A stretch of DNA of 63,962 nucleotides, filler included, from Syncephalis fuscata S228 (taxonomy: Eukaryota; Fungi; Zoopagomycota): NCBI GenBank assembly GCA_025786725.1. It is 4 parts of 4 records of this genome, joined end to end, with 100 filler letters (N's around TTAATTAATTAA, not from the genome) between each part and the next. Parts side by side here need not be neighbours in the genome. Positions count along the whole stretch, not along the records: positions 43,495 to 61,554 come from JAHLTZ010000187.1; positions 61,655 to 63,962 come from JAHLTZ010000358.1; 2 more parts are not named here. One strand, written 5' to 3'. Positions 59,721-63,962 of this stretch are shown here, in pieces. The notes under the pieces are model-generated. The model was not told the origin of the DNA. It did no database searches and saw only the letters and a program-made list of their open reading frames with translations. The position numbers and the translations under genes were made by a program. Within the stretch, counting starts at the first letter, position 1, and each line of letters starts with the position of its first letter.

Positions 59721-60822
59721 TTGATAGAATTGTTTTACTAGTCTGAGTGGGCTTGCTAAATGTTATTATTCTATCCCTGGTAGAATAGTAACATCATGTA
59801 ACTATTGGTATCGAAAAGTGTATTTTCAATAATCTAATGGTATTAATTACGTATTTTATGTTATCATATGTGATCTAATTTTTATCTTTGTTCTTTCCAT
59901 ATCAACCAAACTAGATGTTTATAGAGTACATTAATATAATAATAATAATAATAATGCATTTTTCGCCCCTGAATTTCATTTCATGTCAATAGTAATATCA
60001 GTCAAAAACAAACATGCAAAATTTAAATAACAATGATATAATAGAGCGACGGATAATAGTTTATTGCAATATAGGCAATGTATATATTTATATTAAGCAT
60101 GAGCTACACAAATATTATATATATATTATGCCAAGCAATCTCTAAAAGCTTCATATCTTTGGCTCTATATTTAGATTGCAACTACATTACCTGTTATTGC
60201 GTAATCTCACGTGCTTTAATTATTTACATTATTAGTACCCTGTTAGCTATTTATTACTTAAATAGTCAGCTATGTATGATACTCGTATAGTTTTTATATT
60301 GTTCTAAACAAGGCAACTAATTAATAATAAACATTAATATAGTAGAATTCAATAATTTATTAAAAATAACAAACTATGCGTGTATCTATATATAGTAAAT
60401 GATACACAAATGTCTGTTTATGTATATGCTAAGCAATTTCCAAAGCATAAAACTCTTGATTATAAATGATAACCTATGTGTCTTTAAGGCAAGAACTAAC
60501 ATTATAATTAATTTTTAAACTTCAAATAATAAACAATAGAATTTTGAAGTATCAAAATAGTAATGGCTTTTTCAAATCAATAAATCGTAAATACACAGAA
60601 TTGATGTGTAATTTGCATATTAATTTGTTTTTAATACATCAGCTTATCATAATGAATTGTGATTTGGCCAAGTAATTTACCGCAATTTATATAAACTCAA
60701 ATTGTATTTAACACAACAAATATTTAATTGCTGAATATATACTAAATATAGCTATTTACGATTACACAATAGTTATGTGTGACTTAGTCATGGTTTACTG
60801 CATTTTAAAGATATCAGTAATT

Positions 60823-61554
60823 TTAGATAACTTTTAATTTATAATTTATTGACATCAAGTAAAATTCATAAAGGCAGTGATGCCATAGCTTTTTTAATTT
60901 AGAAATATATATAGTTACTAACAGGTATAAGCCGACTAGAATAGCTTGTTGAGTTTCATTTATATGGATATCAGCACTGCGGATATTGTTTGGATCATTC
61001 ATTGCTGAGGTGTCGGAGTCATTATTTATAGGTTTTTTTGTAACGTAATTCACAGTATCGTTGATGTAATATACCTAGAAAATGTTAGCTTGTATAAGTC
61101 GCATGAATACTTGCCAGTCAACGGTATAAAATATTCTTGAGAATCTCCTCCAACCTCGAAAACAATAATAAGGCAACAGATTACATTGCAGAGAACTATC
61201 AGGCACATTATCTGAATACCATCACGGGCCAGTTTCCTCCATGCTTCATAGCCATATCTTTGATAGCGTCTATAGGCTACAGTGCTAAAAATGATTGAAA
61301 AAAGTATGTTGCTTGGAACCATTGTGCCGATCCAGTAGAATGGGATAAAGAGATGATAGTAAGAAAGCATCCGGCAGATTTTCCAATACAATGTGTGAGT
61401 AGTTGTATACAATATAAATAAAGAAAAGCTGTGGCAGAATGCAAATGGTGCCACAAATGGCTACCCAGCGTTGCGATAACAGCACAAGGTAGGCTTTGTA
61501 AAGTACAATATGCTGTTGCAAAAGATTGAAAAGCTTACTGCCGCTACAATATAC
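60823..61554 (-). CDS. Multi-pass membrane protein fragment (lineage-expanded 7TM/GPCR-like family), frameshifted and 5'-truncated by the gap
   Basis: QHIVLYKAYLVLLSQRWVAI...ILPQL; YWIGTMVPSNILFSIIFSTVAYRRYQRYGYEAWRKLARDGIQIMCLIVLCNVIC; VDW|YITSTIL across a GC-AG intron. The family assignment is from recall only. Confidence 0.6.
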
Positions 61555-61654
61555 NNNNNNNNNNNNNNNNNNNNNNNNNNNNNNNNNNNNNNNNNNNNTT
61601 AATTAATTAANNNNNNNNNNNNNNNNNNNNNNNNNNNNNNNNNNNNNNNNNNNN
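61555..61654. other. Artificial contig linker
   Basis: N44-TTAATTAATTAA-N44. Confidence 0.98.
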
Positions 61655-62252
61655 GTGCCGATGCTGTTGCCGATGCTGGTGCTGGTGTCAATGCCGGTGC
61701 TGGTGTTGATGCTGGTACTGGTGTTGGTGCCGGTATTGGTATTGGTGTTGGTACTGGTGTTGATGTTGGTGTTGGTGCTGATGCCGGTGCTGGTACTGGT
61801 GTTGGTGCCGGTATTGGTGCCGGTGTTGATGTTGATGTTGGTGCCGGTGCTGATGCCGGTGCCGGTGTCAATGCTGGTGTTGGTGCTGATGCCGGTGCCG
61901 GTACTGGTGTTGGTGTTGATACTGGTGCTGGTGTTGGTGCCGATGCTGTTGCCGATGCTGGTGCTGGTGCCGGTGCTGGTGTCAATGCCGGTGCTGGTGT
62001 TGATGCTGGTAATGGTGTTGGTGTTGGTGTTGGTGCTGATGCCGGTGCTGGTACTGGTACTGGTGCTGATGCTGGTACTGGTGTTGGTGCTAATGCTGGT
62101 GTTGGTGTTGGTGTTGATGTCGATGCGGTGTTGGTGCTGATGCCGGTGCTGGTACTGGTGCTGGTGCTGATGTCGGTGTTGATGCTGGTGTTGATGTTGA
62201 TGTTGGTGCTGATGCTGGTTTGATGCCGGTGTTGGTACTGGTGTCCGGCTAT
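61655..62252 (-). repeat. Degenerate hexamer repeat encoding Pro/Ala/Thr/Ser dipeptides (possible mucin/extensin-like exon)
   Basis: Plus-strand GGTGCT/GGTGTT/GATGCT units translate on the minus strand as (PA/PT/PV/SA)n. TTTTAG acceptor-like site at ~62253. Confidence 0.7.
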
Positions 62253-62759
62253 CTAAAATCTATAATAATCAATAAATGTTAGTGTTAGTATCTGGTATCT
62301 AAAATTTAAAACAATATATGTATAAAGTTAGTATGTTGCAATGTTGTGTAGCCGGCCGCTAGCACACTAAAACAATTGGTAATTTTATTTATGATATAAA
62401 GCTGTAATTATCAATACAGGTTAGTAAGTTAGTAAACTAAATCTAAAGCCATCAATATAACATTGGTTGTTATATTGCTTGGTAGCCGGCCGCTAACACA
62501 CTAATCGCCATTGTCCTTGAACTTGATACTTGATGGCTTGTAAATCTAAAGCATTATATGCAGAGTTAGTGACTGATTTAAGCTAGTTACTTACCATTGC
62601 ACAATCAGTGCACCATAAAGAAGGACCGGTAAGTGGTTTATCAAAAGGGAAAAGAGGCGTGCTGCCAATGCAACATCGTGCTGGCAGGTGTTTACAGGCA
62701 GTGCATATAATGGCACTGCTGTATGGCCAGTACAGAGTGCTACTATATGCTACTACCGT

Positions 62760-63320
62760 AGCTAAACACACTATTGCTAGCACGGTGAGCAATGGAAGAT
62801 ATAGAGGTAATGATGAGGAGAGGGTGAGAAAGGAACAGTATATGCTTGGTAGCATATATCCAGCATACACTGTTGCTAGTACGGTAAGTAATAGAAGGTC
62901 AGTGAAAAGGATGGGGAAGAAGGGGAGAAGAGAAAGAGAATGATAACAGTGTATGCTTGGTAGCATATAGCCAGCATACATTGTTGCTAGTATGATAAGT
63001 AATGGAAGGTTTAGTGAAAAGGATGGGGAAGAAGGAGGGAAGAGAAAGAAGATGATAACAGTGTATGCTTGGTAGCATATAGCCAGCATACACTGTTGCT
63101 AGTACGGTAAGTAATAGAAGTTTGGTGAAAAGGATGGTGAAGAAGAAGAGATGAGAAAGAGGATAAGAACAGTGTATGCTTGGTAGCATATAGCCAGCAT
63201 ACACTGTTGCTAGTACGATAAGTAATGGAAGGTTAGTGAAAAAAAGGATGAAGAGAAAGAGGAAAAGAAGGATAAAGAGGAAGAGAAAGATAACGATATA
63301 TGTTTGGTAGCATATATTGC
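62760..63320. repeat. ~111-bp tandem repeat (about 5 units) with hairpin core and purine-rich spacer
   Basis: GTATGCTTGGTAGCATATAGCCAGCATACA.TGTTGCTAGTA.G.TAAGTAAT.GAAG at ~62840, 62951, 63063 and 63174, degenerate at ~63298. Confidence 0.85.
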
Positions 63321-63749
63321 CATAGTTAGCATACTAGCAGCTGCTCACAAGGTAAAACGATACCGCTAGCACTGCTGTATGGCGCCATACAGCAGGGCGG
63401 TATGTAGTACCAAGACTAGGCATGCTTATACTAATAGACTAACAATGACATATAGCAAGCAAAGCATATACCGGACTTATGGAAACAAGTGCAAGTGGAA
63501 AGGTGGCTAGTGGATAAATGCTGTCAAGTGTGGTGGATGAGAAAGAGGAACGTGTGACGCAAATCGTGTGCTATGCGATCGGCAGTCTGTTTTTATAGTG
63601 TGGGCGCAAGTGCTGATGTAATATGAATAAACAATTATTATGATTGGTACCAATTGACTTGTTTGACAGCACTCGCCCAGTCAAACTAAACGTTTATTTT
63701 ATTGAATAATCATTTTTATTAAATTATCAAATCATTAGATTATATTATG

Positions 63750-63960
63750 ATTTGGGTGTCAAATGACTATATTGATAACATTCGCGCAATTGAACTGCAC
63801 ATTCAATCTATTGAACATGGGGACAAGTGGTGAGTTTGATTTAATCGTCACATCATCACACTATTGCTTTTTTGGGGACAAATGACTAATATTAATAACG
63901 CCAATCTATTGAACATGATGATGGGTGTGAGTGACATCAATCGCAAAATACTCAATCAGC
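63750..63960 (+). repeat. Two tandem copies of the dispersed repeat seen at 14750
   Basis: GTGTCAAATGACTATATTGATAAC...TCTATTGAACATG, then ACAAATGACTAATATTAATAAC...TCTATTGAACATGATGATGGGTGTGAGTGACATCAATC. Confidence 0.7.
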
Positions 63961-63962
63961 AT

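Noticed and set aside
61655-62140. 161-aa Val/Leu/Met-rich plus-strand ORF as a membrane protein
   Set aside because: It is an alternative-frame translation of the hexamer repeat.

Overview
AT-rich, intron-dense eukaryotic DNA from an early-diverging fungus. By recall only, the 60.8-61.5 kb membrane-protein family and the Vpr-like subtilisin suggest a Zoopagomycota mycoparasite such as Syncephalis. The window is four contigs joined by artificial N44-TTAATTAATTAA-N44 linkers. Contig 1: a divergent DH-PH RhoGEF, a decayed Fanzor/TnpB 3' remnant, an Atos/FAM214-like gene, WSS1, TOR and CDC40/PRP17. Contig 2: three YakC-like aldo-keto reductases, a secreted CAP/SCP protein, a Ser/Pro-rich protein, an RraA/HMG-aldolase gene and a subtilisin pseudogene. 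Contig 3: a nest of Ty3/Gypsy elements with readable LTRs, PBS, PPT and -1 frameshift signals. Contig 4: Pro/Ala/Thr-rich and ~111-bp tandem repeats. The standout is 5180-7873. What looks like an 81-bp AT-rich minisatellite is a 33-exon gene: a signal/pro-peptide exon, 31 consecutive microexons (thirty of 3 nt, one of 6 nt, each bounded by AG and GTA(A/G)G), and a short last exon. By hand it splices into a stop-free 65-aa precursor, MKLSIAVVCIIVVALIAATTMVDANPALVRR|YEPGNCDACVTKCEKTIRFMKWKCKYENCKQWCT*, a secreted 6-Cys peptide encoded about one codon per exon. It is absent from the ORF track and needs cDNA confirmation.
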